This document shows, piece after piece, positions 27,939 through 36,583 of a stretch of DNA of 64,000 nucleotides. The DNA comes from a virus: UHGV virus genome UHGV-0200554; one strand, given 5' to 3'. Positions within the stretch are counted from its first letter, which is position 1. Each line of letters begins with the position of its first letter. Below the pieces are notes generated by a model that searched no databases, had not been told where the DNA came from, and saw only the letters and a list, made by a program, of their open reading frames with translations. Both the position numbers and the translations under genes were made by a program.

Positions 27939-28400
27939 ATGATTATCGGTACTGTAAATGGGGATTTAATCTCTATCTTTAAAAGCGGGGCTGGTCACCT
28001 GATCCACGGTTGCAACTGCTTCCACACAATGGGTGCAGGCATAGCAAGGCAGATTGCCAAAGAGTTTCCTCAAGCGTTGGAGACTGATAGGATGACTGCT
28101 TACGGTGATCCAGACAAGTTGGGCACGCTCTCTTGTTGGGAGCATTTTGCCAAGAACAGGATTGTATACGGGATTAACATGTATACTCAATTCCGACCAG
28201 GGCCTAATGCTGATTACTCTTCAATCATGAATGGTTTTGAGCAAGTCAATGAGGTATTCGAAGGTATGTCGTTACCGTTCTACATCCCTAAGATTGGGTG
28301 CGGTATAGGAGGTCTTATGTGGGAGCATGTAGAGAATATCATCAACCTCACGACTCCTGATATAAAAGTGATCGTAGTGGAATACTGCAAAAAAGGTTGA
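27939..28400 (+). CDS. macro-domain (ADP-ribose binding/processing) protein
   Basis: GDLISIF...AGHLIHGCNCFHTMGAGIARQI pattern typical of macro domains; C-terminal IGCGIGG. Confidence 0.55.
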   Translation: MIIGTVNGDLISIFKSGAGHLIHGCNCFHTMGAGIARQIAKEFPQALETDRMTAYGDPDKLGTLSCWEHFAKNRIVYGINMYTQFRPGPNADYSSIMNGFEQVNEVFEGMSLPFYIPKIGCGIGGLMWEHVENIINLTTPDIKVIVVEYCKKG

Positions 28401-28424
28401 CACCGGAAAATTATGGTGTATAAT
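28397..28424 (+). promoter_or_regulatory. sigma70-like promoter with extended -10 (TGTATAAT)
   Basis: TTGACA 28397-28402, 16-bp spacer, TATAAT 28419-28424. Confidence 0.6.
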
Positions 28425-28457
28425 GCAAACACATAAACCAACAGAGAGCGACATGTT

Positions 28458-28649
28458 ATGGTAATTTTTAATCGAGATGGTATTATTGTCCAACAGCACC
28501 CGTTCCTCGAATACTATCAGGTTGAGCAATGGAGCTACGGTGATTGCAGCCACACTTACGGTCAAGGCTGGGGGTATCATGTAGTTTTTGAATCAACTGA
28601 CCTTAATGAAGTAAAACAGAAAGTTTTAGAACTCCTTAACAGCAAGTAA
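28458..28649 (+). CDS. hypothetical protein
   Basis: ORF track. Confidence 0.45.
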   Translation: MVIFNRDGIIVQQHPFLEYYQVEQWSYGDCSHTYGQGWGYHVVFESTDLNEVKQKVLELLNSK

Positions 28650-28675
28650 GTATTACCGCACCAGTTAAAAATTGG

Positions 28676-28704
28676 TTGACAACAGGTGTGGAATCTGGTA
28701 CAGT
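28676..28704 (+). promoter_or_regulatory. sigma70-like promoter
   Basis: TTGACA 28676-28681, 17-bp spacer, TACAGT -10. Confidence 0.45.
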
Positions 28705-28736
28705 ACATCCTATACAAAAGAGAAGGAGCACACACT

Positions 28737-28964
28737 ATGTTGTATCGAGTTAAAGTTGCAGCGGATGTTCAGGGTCCGTGGGCTGAGTGGGCAGGCTGGT
28801 ATTTACTTGCTCCAATGGAGGGTTGTACTGATATTAAGTACAATGCTTGCCTCTACAACGAAGAGGAACTTGAAGAGGAACTCTTCATTGCAGATGGTAT
28901 AGAGCACGGCCTGTTTGAAGTAGAGCCAGCTTTCGACTCTATACCGGGTTATTATTCTTATTGA
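28737..28964 (+). CDS. hypothetical protein
   Basis: ORF track trimmed to ATG 28737 (AGAAGGAG RBS). Confidence 0.5.
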   Translation: MLYRVKVAADVQGPWAEWAGWYLLAPMEGCTDIKYNACLYNEEELEEELFIADGIEHGLFEVEPAFDSIPGYYSY

Positions 28965-28975
28965 GGGGACGAAAA

Positions 28976-29194
28976 ATGAGCATTCAAGAACATGCAGCAC
29001 ATATGTGCCATATGATCACAACTCAGTACCCTCAGCAAATGGCATCAGACTTACGTCTGATCGAGATCCATAGCCGCTTTGCCAATATTGTAGAGGATCC
29101 TGTTTATTACTCTGGTGTACACGGTGAACGTGCATTTGATGCCGCTTGCAACGATTTTGTAGACTGGGAAGATGCACTTTGCTACCAGAGTTAA
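28976..29194 (+). CDS. hypothetical protein
   Basis: ORF track trimmed to ATG 28976. Confidence 0.45.
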   Translation: MSIQEHAAHMCHMITTQYPQQMASDLRLIEIHSRFANIVEDPVYYSGVHGERAFDAACNDFVDWEDALCYQS

Positions 29195-29215
29195 GATGGT
29201 TGAGGAGGTTCTCCG

Positions 29216-29374
29216 ATGGAAGTTTTAGGTTTATCAGTAATGCTCTGTGTTTTTGTGGTATTTTGTATTAGCTTTATGCCACTATCAACAGCTAACAAGG
29301 CGTTCTTCATCACGCTGATTCTGCTATTTATTATCGGCGGCACTATGTATGAAGCTGGAATTATCTTTCACTAG
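29216..29374 (+). CDS. small hydrophobic (membrane) protein, 52 aa
   Basis: Not in ORF track (under 60 aa); GAGGAGG RBS; translation hand-checked in frame to TAG 29372-29374. Confidence 0.45.
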   Translation: MEVLGLSVMLCVFVVFCISFMPLSTANKAFFITLILLFIIGGTMYEAGIIFH

Positions 29375-29385
29375 GAGGACGTACA

Positions 29386-29580
29386 ATGGGTGATTTACAG
29401 AAAATCTTATTTACTGTCCTGCTCCTTGTCGGTATGTTTGCGGCAGTAGGCTTTGTGGCTATTAGTGCTGCACACTACGCAGACTTTCCTGCATGGGTAC
29501 GTGCTTCGTATTCAGCTATTATGTTGGGGGGTTTGTGCGGTTTCTTAAAATATATAGGACGTGAGGTGCCTGAAAAATGA
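29386..29580 (+). CDS. small membrane protein
   Basis: ORF track; hydrophobic segments; AGGAGG RBS. Confidence 0.5.
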   Translation: MGDLQKILFTVLLLVGMFAAVGFVAISAAHYADFPAWVRASYSAIMLGGLCGFLKYIGREVPEK

Positions 29581-30005
29581 TCTACCCTGTACCTAAACTA
29601 ATTCCGGTATATGACAACGATTCTCGCTTTCAGGTAATGATTGCAGGTATCCTTGTCACTGGTAAAATCGATAGCTATGTGTTCAATGGTGAACGTTTTA
29701 AAGAATACTCTATTGAATGGGATGGCTATGACTATAACGTCTACTTCGATGAAAACGGGGAGATGTACTTCGAAGAAGTAGAAATGTTGTTAGGTGTTGC
29801 AGGTATCATCAAACCTAAGGATGTAGAATTTGCTGAAGGGGAATGCGATGACTGCGGTGACTATTGCGTCTGCGATATCCACTTACCTTCAGGGGAAACT
29901 ATCTATTTTGAAACGCATTTCGGTGAAACGAACTTCCCTAATGATTGGGAAGAGTTTTTCGAGATTGTGGAAAAAGAAAGGGAAGTGTTAAGAAGCCGTC
30001 GATAA
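29577..30005 (+). CDS. hypothetical protein
   Basis: ORF track; ATGA overlap; Cys cluster CDDCGDYCVCD. Confidence 0.5.
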   Translation: MIYPVPKLIPVYDNDSRFQVMIAGILVTGKIDSYVFNGERFKEYSIEWDGYDYNVYFDENGEMYFEEVEMLLGVAGIIKPKDVEFAEGECDDCGDYCVCDIHLPSGETIYFETHFGETNFPNDWEEFFEIVEKEREVLRSRR

Positions 30006-30036
30006 ACCCAGTGTAATAATTTTCACTTATTTGCTA

Positions 30037-30065
30037 TTGACAACTGTGTGGGAGAGTGTTATACT
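30037..30065 (+). promoter_or_regulatory. sigma70-like promoter with -10 inside GC-clamped hairpin
   Basis: TTGACA 30037-30042, 17-bp spacer, TATACT; GGGAGAG...CTCTCCC inverted repeat (30050-30070). Confidence 0.55.
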
Positions 30066-30094
30066 CTCCCCATCTTAAAAAGAAGGAGAGAGTT

Positions 30095-30289
30095 ATGGCA
30101 ACAGTACATCTTATGGCTATCAAACGTCACAATACTTTGTATGGCCCGATTTATGAAACTGTTCTCGGCAATCTGTATATCATCAATGGGACTAGCTTCA
30201 GCAAAATTGACATTCACCACATCGAAGCGTTTCGTGTAGCAGAGCCAGAGTTAGGTTGCTGGTTCCTTCCTGTAGAATGCAATTTATGA
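30095..30289 (+). CDS. hypothetical protein
   Basis: ORF track trimmed to ATG 30095 (AAGGAGAG RBS). Confidence 0.45.
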   Translation: MATVHLMAIKRHNTLYGPIYETVLGNLYIINGTSFSKIDIHHIEAFRVAEPELGCWFLPVECNL

Positions 30290-30297
30290 GGTGCAGC

Positions 30298-30510
30298 ATG
30301 GCTACTGCAACATGTGTATCTACGCAGCATGACAAATGGGAACTCTTCGAAGAGTATGAGGTCATCGGTGAGCCAAATGAATTTACTATACTGGTAAAAG
30401 CCTGTGATGGTGAAACATGGTGGTTCCATAAGAGCTGTGATTACCCTGGTTACCATTTTGCACGTACTTCAACTGGCAAATACATTTACTTACTGGTGAA
30501 CGAGGACTGA
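30298..30510 (+). CDS. hypothetical protein
   Basis: ORF track trimmed to ATG 30298. Confidence 0.45.
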   Translation: MATATCVSTQHDKWELFEEYEVIGEPNEFTILVKACDGETWWFHKSCDYPGYHFARTSTGKYIYLLVNED

Positions 30511-30511
30511 T

Positions 30512-30856
30512 ATGAAAAACCGTACACATCCGCTCTATCTTCGAGAACGTAATAGTATTGCTATGGTACTGTGCGATATCTTCAATGTTTCAGATCCGTA
30601 CGATACTCACAATATGTGGGAGACAGCACGCATCCTGTTCCCAACACCAGTGATTGTAGCCATCTCAAAGAATGGCTTGGTGAAAAGAGCATGGGATAAG
30701 TTTGGGCAGTCTTACGTCTGGGCTGATCAACTGGGGTGCTGGTTTGAAGAAAGAAACCCTGTTAGCCTGAACAATGAACGTATGCGGGGAATTGATATCA
30801 TCACGGGCAAAAACATTCGCCTGAAAGGCGAGATTGTTTTCTGGCTTCCACAATAA
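30512..30856 (+). CDS. hypothetical protein
   Basis: ORF track. Confidence 0.5.
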   Translation: MKNRTHPLYLRERNSIAMVLCDIFNVSDPYDTHNMWETARILFPTPVIVAISKNGLVKRAWDKFGQSYVWADQLGCWFEERNPVSLNNERMRGIDIITGKNIRLKGEIVFWLPQ

Positions 30857-30868
30857 CAGGAGAGATCA

Positions 30869-31210
30869 ATGAAGAATCAAACAGTAACAATGCAATGGGT
30901 AGATGTTGATGGCGTGGAGAACATGCCAATCGGTGTATATTTCGTATGTATGCGGGACTGTAATGGTCTGCAACAATATGGTGTATGCGAAGTTGTTATG
31001 GCTGGGCAGGGCAAATATGCACATAAAGTTGGCGTGATCAGTGGTCAATTTTATTTTGAATTCCCACCAATCGTAGCATACATGGTTATCCCAGACTATG
31101 TGCCGATTCAGGACGGAAAACGCCGTTGCCCACACTGTGGTAGCACTGATATCGGTATGGCGCGGGACGATTTATTCTGCTTCTGCTGCCGCCGTTTCCT
31201 GGTGGAATAA
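30869..31210 (+). CDS. hypothetical protein with C-terminal zinc-ribbon-like motif
   Basis: CPHCGS...CFCC near C-terminus; AGGAGAG RBS. Confidence 0.5.
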   Translation: MKNQTVTMQWVDVDGVENMPIGVYFVCMRDCNGLQQYGVCEVVMAGQGKYAHKVGVISGQFYFEFPPIVAYMVIPDYVPIQDGKRRCPHCGSTDIGMARDDLFCFCCRRFLVE

Positions 31211-31220
31211 GGAGTGTACT

Positions 31221-31415
31221 ATGTTCGAGCTTAAATCTTGCACAATCGTAGCACCAGGGGATCGTATCCGTATCCCAGGCCGTCACGAAATCCTACAGGT
31301 TAAAAGCATCGAGTCTGTAGGTAACCGTGTTCTCCTGTTCAAATTTGAAAATGGACACCAGGTGTACATGAGAATGAGAAGCAAAGTGTACATTGACAGG
31401 GGTGCTAAAGAATGA
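31221..31415 (+). CDS. hypothetical protein
   Basis: ORF track trimmed to ATG 31221 (AAGGAG RBS). Confidence 0.45.
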   Translation: MFELKSCTIVAPGDRIRIPGRHEILQVKSIESVGNRVLLFKFENGHQVYMRMRSKVYIDRGAKE

Positions 31416-31738
31416 ATGAAGTATGGGAAATCTGTGTAGACGTAGCAGGAATCACGCTTATAGGTGCTCTGGTTATTGCTCTGGCGCTGGTAGGATACAA
31501 GATGGCACTTCTGCCTTTCCTGGAAGCATTCAGCCTGTGTCATTGCTGGCGTAGAGCATATGGACCACAACCTGTAAAAGACTGGTTCACTTTGTACCGT
31601 ATTGCACTATCTTACACGTTTGATCATTCACGCTTAAACTGCATTGAAAGCTATCATGCTGATGGTTGGTGGTGGGTAGGATTATTCAGATGGGAGGTGA
31701 CAGAGGTAACTCCGAAACGAATGCTTAAGAAAAATTGA
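31412..31738 (+). CDS. hypothetical membrane protein
   Basis: ORF track; N-terminal hydrophobic helix; last gene of plus-strand module. Confidence 0.5.
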   Translation: MNEVWEICVDVAGITLIGALVIALALVGYKMALLPFLEAFSLCHCWRRAYGPQPVKDWFTLYRIALSYTFDHSRLNCIESYHADGWWWVGLFRWEVTEVTPKRMLKKN

Positions 31739-32059
31739 TTTTAGAATTATAAAAGTTTTAGATGACAAGGGGAAATCTGTAATAGATTTTCCCTTATTTA
31801 TCAGATATTTGCAGATATTTGAAAATCATTAGAAACTTAGGTAATTAGGAGCGTACGAAAATGGATTTTTTAAAAGCATAAGCAATCATTTAGCAAATTA
31901 GCCAAATAGATTTTAGCCTATTGCTATTGTGTATGCATGTATTTGCATATGCCTTGCACATATCCCCACACACCTCTTCCCACATTCCCACACAGTTCTC
32001 GGTTGACCCGCCAATCTCCCCTCCACAACTCTCCCAGTAATTTCCTTAAGTACTCGATC

Positions 32060-32160
32060 TGTTTTTCAAAATCGAAATCGGATTCTGAAAATCTCGACAG
32101 CTTTTCTCCTCGGTTCTCGATAGGTTTTTTATTTTCGATTTTGGATTCTGGATCTCGGTC
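32060..32160. repeat. inverted repeats (AAAATCGAAAT / ATTTCGATTTT) in non-coding leader
   Basis: AAAATCGAAATCGGATTCTG and TTTTCGATTTTGGATTCTGG copies about 60 bp apart. Confidence 0.45.
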
Positions 32161-32316
32161 TGGTTCTGGCTAGGCCTGCGCCTGAGGAACGAAAGCACTT
32201 TTTTATTTTTGAAAGTGGATTTTGAATTTCTATATAGAAAAAATTTACCCCCTACCATTTTTGGTAGATAGTCACGGTACGTAATTAGCCTGCTAACTAA
32301 ATTTTAGATAGTTTCA

Positions 32317-32500
32317 TGAGTGATTATCACCGTTACTATAAATTGCCGTAACTATAAATCACCGTGCGTTACTATTTTAATTTCACCATGCAACTATAAA
32401 TCACGGGCCGTTATTATTTATATAGAAAACTATTACTAACCGTGCGTTATTACCTCAATTTGCTTAGGTTACTATTAATCACCGTAAGTAACTATTTTTT
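32317..32500. repeat. iteron-like array (CACCGT...ACTAT(A/T)AAT units, about 8 copies)
   Basis: Repeated ATCACCGT and (T/A)ACTATAAAT-like units at irregular spacing; non-coding. Confidence 0.5.
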
Positions 32501-32859
32501 AAATGATAATCATTCTCAAAATATATTGCGTGCATCCCCGGTGATTGTCTCCCGGCCCCTGGTGCCCCGGCTTGATTATATAATAACAGATCCGGCCCCC
32601 ATGTCAACAGCTTTTTTAGAAAAATATTAGTTACAACATCCTGGCGCCACCTGGCAGGGCCATCATGACCATGATCCGGTCCGGCGCTTGCGCCCTGGTC
32701 CATCCTCCGCACATTAGTTACAGCATTCCAACGACCGATCCCCGATAGTCTGCAACCTGGCGGGGCCGCCTGGTCCACTGGACCGCCTCCCCTGGTCCGG
32801 TGGGGAGTCCGGCTTGCAATTCAAAATGTGATCTGTGTCAACCTTTCACCATGTAGCTA

Positions 32860-32888
32860 TTGATCAGGTTACGGCCTAGTGTATTCTA
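32860..32888 (+). promoter_or_regulatory. promoter-like element (TTGATC-17-ATTCTA) with conserved GTATTCTATAG(G/C)TGAA start region
   Basis: Paralogous to element at 38496; followed by purine-rich leader. Confidence 0.4.
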
Positions 32889-32955
32889 TAGGTGAAGGGA
32901 AACAAAGGGGAAACGGAAAGCAAAACACCAGGCCGCAAGGCAGGAGGAAAATAAA

Positions 32956-33132
32956 ATGAAAGGCATGGTTAACAACAACAACGTAAAAGAGAGGGAAATT
33001 ATTGTTAATGGTCGTGAGATTGACAATAAACGCCGGAAAGCTATGCGTGATGCCCTGGTCAACTGGTTGGATTATGAAAAAATGATGGTAATGGCAGCGG
33101 GTGCCGCAGCTGGTGAATTTAACCACAGATAA
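32956..33132 (+). CDS. small hypothetical protein (58 aa)
   Basis: Not in ORF track; GGAGGAAAATAAAATG initiation module; hand translated. Confidence 0.45.
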   Translation: MKGMVNNNNVKEREIIVNGREIDNKRRKAMRDALVNWLDYEKMMVMAAGAAAGEFNHR

Positions 33133-33148
33133 CCACAGGGGGGCAAAG

Positions 33149-33343
33149 GTGTTAGCTTATAATCTTCCAGGCCGTCGCCGTACGGTTGCCGACCAGGTAA
33201 CGGCAAAGGCAGACGTAACAATCAACAACGGGCAGGGCCTTTACAAGTTTAAACGGGGGAACAGCTATACGATCCAGTTTCTTAACCGTTGTGCTTTAAC
33301 ACCTGGTCAGATCAACCATTGGTTTAAAGCTAAAAAATTTTAA
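33149..33343 (+). CDS. hypothetical basic protein
   Basis: ORF track 33101..33343; possible GTG start 33149 after AGGGGGG; start uncertain. Confidence 0.35.
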   Translation: MLAYNLPGRRRTVADQVTAKADVTINNGQGLYKFKRGNSYTIQFLNRCALTPGQINHWFKAKKF

Positions 33344-33351
33344 AAAATTAG

Positions 33352-33380
33352 TTGACACCAGAAAGAAATAAAGTATTATA
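33352..33380 (+). promoter_or_regulatory. sigma70-like promoter with A-tract UP element
   Basis: AAAAAATTAGTTGACA, 17-bp spacer, ATTATA; conserved GAAAGCAGTA downstream. Confidence 0.55.
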
Positions 33381-33428
33381 GATAGTGAAAGCAGTACACA
33401 AGGTTAACAAAATATAAGGAGTAACATC

Positions 33429-33830
33429 ATGAGCGCTTTTAACACTGATTTCGATTTCTCTGGTCTGGAAGAAGTTCGCGATCTTCGTAACTGCCGCCGC
33501 GAAAACGGTTTTTATAAATCTCTGGACCTGGTGGCACTGGACCACAAAATGGACCTGGAAGAAGTAGCAACGATTCGTTTCTACCAGTCACCGCGCGGTA
33601 ACACTGTTTACTGTGTAGTATGGGTACATGAAGCAGGGCACGAATTTTATGCCACTGCTGGCGGGAAAGCTGGTGGCTATGGTTACGATAAAGAGGAGGC
33701 CGCATTACGGGAAGCTATCGAGGCGATGGGTGTAAAAGCTGGCGATTATGCTCACCCTGAAAAATTTTTAATCCAGCTTGCTCGCTACTTCGGATATGAA
33801 AAAGCTAAAGTGATTGAAGCACACGCATAA
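33429..33830 (+). CDS. hypothetical protein
   Basis: ORF track; AAGGAG RBS; CGY-biased Arg codons. Confidence 0.55.
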   Translation: MSAFNTDFDFSGLEEVRDLRNCRRENGFYKSLDLVALDHKMDLEEVATIRFYQSPRGNTVYCVVWVHEAGHEFYATAGGKAGGYGYDKEEAALREAIEAMGVKAGDYAHPEKFLIQLARYFGYEKAKVIEAHA

Positions 33831-33842
33831 GCTGCCTTTTAG

Positions 33843-33863
33843 ATGGCCCCCTGGTGGGGCCAT
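33843..33863 (+). repeat. intergenic palindromic element (TTTTAGATGGCC...GGCCAT family)
   Basis: ATGGCCCC-CTGGT-GGGGCCAT hairpin preceded by GCCTTTTAG and followed by TGATAAAG. Confidence 0.5.
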
Positions 33864-33907
33864 TGATAAAGGTAACTTGGGGCAACAATAACCGAGAGAA
33901 AGAAAAT

Positions 33908-34342
33908 ATGAAACGTTTACCACGCTGGATCCGCTTTATTAATAAACTTGCCGCAGATGAAAAAATCCAGGCTATGCATAAAGATAACCGCGAACGCCGT
34001 GCTGCCTTACGAGATTATCGCCGCATGTTGGCAAAGTTAGCCAATAAAAATGGCGTTCTTAAACCGTTCCGCAAAGTGATCCACCTGGTCGCTATGGGAG
34101 CGCCTAAGGTGGCAAACGTTCCAAACGTCCATAAGATTGATGACCGCGACGTTGTAAGAGATATTGATAAAGATTTTTCTCCGAAGGCCATCAATCAGCG
34201 GATCAACAGCTGCAAAAATAAGAAAGATCTTGATAATTTGTTAGATAGCCTCGACGCTTTAGGGTGTGATTATGATTTCTTAGATGACAAGATTAATAAA
34301 AAATACCGCGAATTGGCTGGTTATCGCGTCAACCGGATTTAA
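33908..34342 (+). CDS. hypothetical basic protein
   Basis: ORF track trimmed to ATG 33908. Confidence 0.5.
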   Translation: MKRLPRWIRFINKLAADEKIQAMHKDNRERRAALRDYRRMLAKLANKNGVLKPFRKVIHLVAMGAPKVANVPNVHKIDDRDVVRDIDKDFSPKAINQRINSCKNKKDLDNLLDSLDALGCDYDFLDDKINKKYRELAGYRVNRI

Positions 34343-34629
34343 CATATCAGAATAGTTGGCCCTGGTGGATCCGATCCGTGCACGGTCCAGGGTATGCCCG
34401 AAAACCTCCCCCATTACGCCGCTACGCCTGTTTTGAAGGTGTGGCGGTGTAGTTGCACCTCTTTGCAAAACACCTCGCCATAATACTTATTTGATGCCTT
34501 ATTTTCGATACGCTCAAATAATGACCAATCAATCGCCCCCACCATGATTTTTTTCTTGCAATCCCCCAATGTATGAATACAATAACAATTGAAGGCAGTA
34601 TTAACAAAAACACAAGAAGGGGAAACAAA

Positions 34630-34800
34630 ATGGATAAAATCTATTACGTTGTTTATCGCGGCCTTAATGTTGCCTGGTACGACAATTTGGCTGAGGCAAT
34701 GGAAGAGGCGCACGACCGTTACGACCTGGGGCGTAACCGCCTTGAAGTGGTGGATAGCGACGGCGTGATCTATTGGTGTAGTGAGGATCTGGAATACTGA
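34630..34800 (+). CDS. small hypothetical protein (56 aa)
   Basis: ORF track 34573..34800 trimmed to ATG 34630 (AAGGGGAAAC RBS). Confidence 0.45.
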   Translation: MDKIYYVVYRGLNVAWYDNLAEAMEEAHDRYDLGRNRLEVVDSDGVIYWCSEDLEY

Positions 34801-34811
34801 AAAAAAAATAG

Positions 34812-34840
34812 TTGACACGACCGTTTGAAAGTGTAGTATA
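34812..34840 (+). promoter_or_regulatory. sigma70-like promoter with A-tract UP element
   Basis: AAAAAAAATAGTTGACA, 17-bp spacer, AGTATA. Confidence 0.5.
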
Positions 34841-34895
34841 TAAACCGAAGGGGAAAGAAATTTCCCAGAGGTAAAAAACAAAGAGGATAAAAATC

Positions 34896-35171
34896 ATGGC
34901 TATCATCGAAAAAGTAAACGTTCCAGCCACTTATAATAAAGGTTATAACGGTTGGAAAAATTACAATCAGTGGAACGTTGCACTGTGGATCAATAACGAC
35001 GAAAGTTTATACTTCTTTGCCCTGGGCTTGATTAATGAGTGTGGCAATAAAGACGCGGCAGCTGATTTGATGGTTTACCGCTTGAAAGAAGAGGGGATCA
35101 CTCATACGCCTGATGGGGTGCCTTACAATAAAACTAACATCCGCGCCGCTATGGTCGGAATGCCGCACTGA
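34896..35171 (+). CDS. hypothetical protein
   Basis: ORF track; RBS GAGGAT. Confidence 0.5.
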   Translation: MAIIEKVNVPATYNKGYNGWKNYNQWNVALWINNDESLYFFALGLINECGNKDAAADLMVYRLKEEGITHTPDGVPYNKTNIRAAMVGMPH

Positions 35172-35247
35172 TAGCCGCCTTACCCTGGGGCCGTGGCAGC
35201 GCCCCATGAATAAGGTTACTACCCCCACAATAACAGGAGGTAACATT

Positions 35248-35358
35248 ATGAACATTATCGCGGCAATCATTGTAGGCTATGCCCTCTTTTTGCTGGGCTT
35301 GCACCTGGCGGCAGTTATCAAAGGCCTGATCGATTTCTTTAAAAAAGATGAAAAATAG
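35248..35358 (+). CDS. small membrane peptide (36 aa)
   Basis: ORF track 35113..35358 trimmed to ATG 35248 with AGGAGG RBS; hydrophobic. Confidence 0.4.
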   Translation: MNIIAAIIVGYALFLLGLHLAAVIKGLIDFFKKDEK

Positions 35359-35360
35359 TG

Positions 35361-35389
35361 TTGACAGGTGAGAGAAAATAAATATACTT
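35361..35389 (+). promoter_or_regulatory. sigma70-like promoter
   Basis: TTGACA 35361-35366, 17-bp spacer, ATACTT; GAAAGCAGTA downstream. Confidence 0.5.
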
Positions 35390-35438
35390 AACCATGAAAG
35401 CAGTAAACGAGATTAATAAAACACAGGAGAAAAAGATC

Positions 35439-35849
35439 ATGAAAACTACTTTCCGTAATGCAAATGGTTTAACTGCATTCGCTTTAGCTTGTGGATATGT
35501 TCAAATGGTAGAGGGGCGGGATCGTGAAATGGTGGATCTGTTTAAAGCCCACGGTTGCTACCATGTTCGCGCTTTTAATGCTGATGGCGAGCGGCAAGCA
35601 TGGTTTAGTGTGCCATCTTTAACTGATGCCCGTCGCCATTGGAAAGAACTGGTAAAACTGATTTTCGGTGCACGCATTGCACAAGTGAAACGCTGCAAAC
35701 GTTACGAAGTGCGCCACGTCCTGGACCTGAGAGGGGAGGCAGTTTACCAGGTTATCTATCGCTACGATGGGGAGTCTCGCCACGTCGGCTACTGTGAAAA
35801 CGTGGACGCGGCATGGATGATTGCACACCGCGACTATGTAAGCCTATAG
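35439..35849 (+). CDS. hypothetical protein
   Basis: ORF track trimmed to ATG 35439 (CAGGAGAAAAAG RBS). Confidence 0.5.
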   Translation: MKTTFRNANGLTAFALACGYVQMVEGRDREMVDLFKAHGCYHVRAFNADGERQAWFSVPSLTDARRHWKELVKLIFGARIAQVKRCKRYEVRHVLDLRGEAVYQVIYRYDGESRHVGYCENVDAAWMIAHRDYVSL

Positions 35850-35872
35850 GTTATTTTTCGGTGGCCTGGGTA

Positions 35873-35901
35873 TTGACACCGGGCCATCTATAAAGTAACC
35901 T
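35873..35901 (+). promoter_or_regulatory. promoter-like element with -35 inside palindromic loop
   Basis: GGTGGCC-TGGGTATTGACACC-GGGCCATC; TTGACA 35873-35878. Confidence 0.35.
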
Positions 35902-35933
35902 AAAGATCCACACAACGAAGGGGGGGAACAATC

Positions 35934-36026
35934 ATGAAAAACTATTCTCACTATTTGATCCGTCGTGATGTTATGATTATGGCCCTGGGCTACCTGGTTA
36001 TGTTTGCTTTTCGTGTAATGCTGTAA
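35934..36026 (+). CDS. small hydrophobic peptide (30 aa)
   Basis: Not in ORF track; RBS GAAGGGGGGGAA; hand translated. Confidence 0.35.
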   Translation: MKNYSHYLIRRDVMIMALGYLVMFAFRVML

Positions 36027-36044
36027 AATAAATTAAAAAATTAG

Positions 36045-36073
36045 TTGACACAGTAGCAAAAATAAGTAAACTT
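36045..36073 (+). promoter_or_regulatory. sigma70-like promoter with A-tract UP element
   Basis: AAAAAATTAGTTGACA; weak -10; GAAAGAAGTAATTAG downstream. Confidence 0.45.
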
Positions 36074-36117
36074 AAAACTGAAAGAAGTAATTAGTAAACC
36101 ACAAAGAGGAAAACATC

Positions 36118-36477
36118 ATGAAACGCATCAATAAGGCTATGGCTAACGCAATCCGTGCTTATGTAGTTGACAGCTTAAACTTTGACGACATGGAACACGA
36201 CAACGACGTTGAGGAACTGAAAGCACGCTTTGAAGCTGAGCATTTTGACGGCTATTATATCCGTCGCTTTAACGGCAACCGTGTAAAAGCAATGGCCGAC
36301 TGGTTAGCAGGACTGCCGAGCGGTGTAGACATTGACTTCTGTAATGATGACATTTTAAACCGCTTGCGTGAGTTCGGAATCATTGACGAAAAAACTAAAG
36401 AAGACACTAAAGATCGCTACATTGACGAATGGTTTGAACTGATGGCGCGGTTTTATGTGGAACTAGCATACAAATAA
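36118..36477 (+). CDS. hypothetical protein
   Basis: ORF track; AGAGGAAAACATCATG module. Confidence 0.55.
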   Translation: MKRINKAMANAIRAYVVDSLNFDDMEHDNDVEELKARFEAEHFDGYYIRRFNGNRVKAMADWLAGLPSGVDIDFCNDDILNRLREFGIIDEKTKEDTKDRYIDEWFELMARFYVELAYK

Positions 36478-36516
36478 AATAGCTTGCTTTTAGATGGCCT
36501 CGAAAAAAAAAAATAG

Positions 36517-36545
36517 TTGACACGGGGCCATCGATAAAGTAAACT
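36517..36545 (+). promoter_or_regulatory. promoter-like element with -35 inside TTTTAGATGGCC...GGCCATC palindrome
   Basis: GATGGCC-TCGAAAAAAAAAAATAGTTGACACG-GGGCCATC; TTGACA 36517-36522. Confidence 0.4.
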
Positions 36546-36583
36546 AACACACAGTAAGAAGTAACAACAAAGGAGAAAACATT

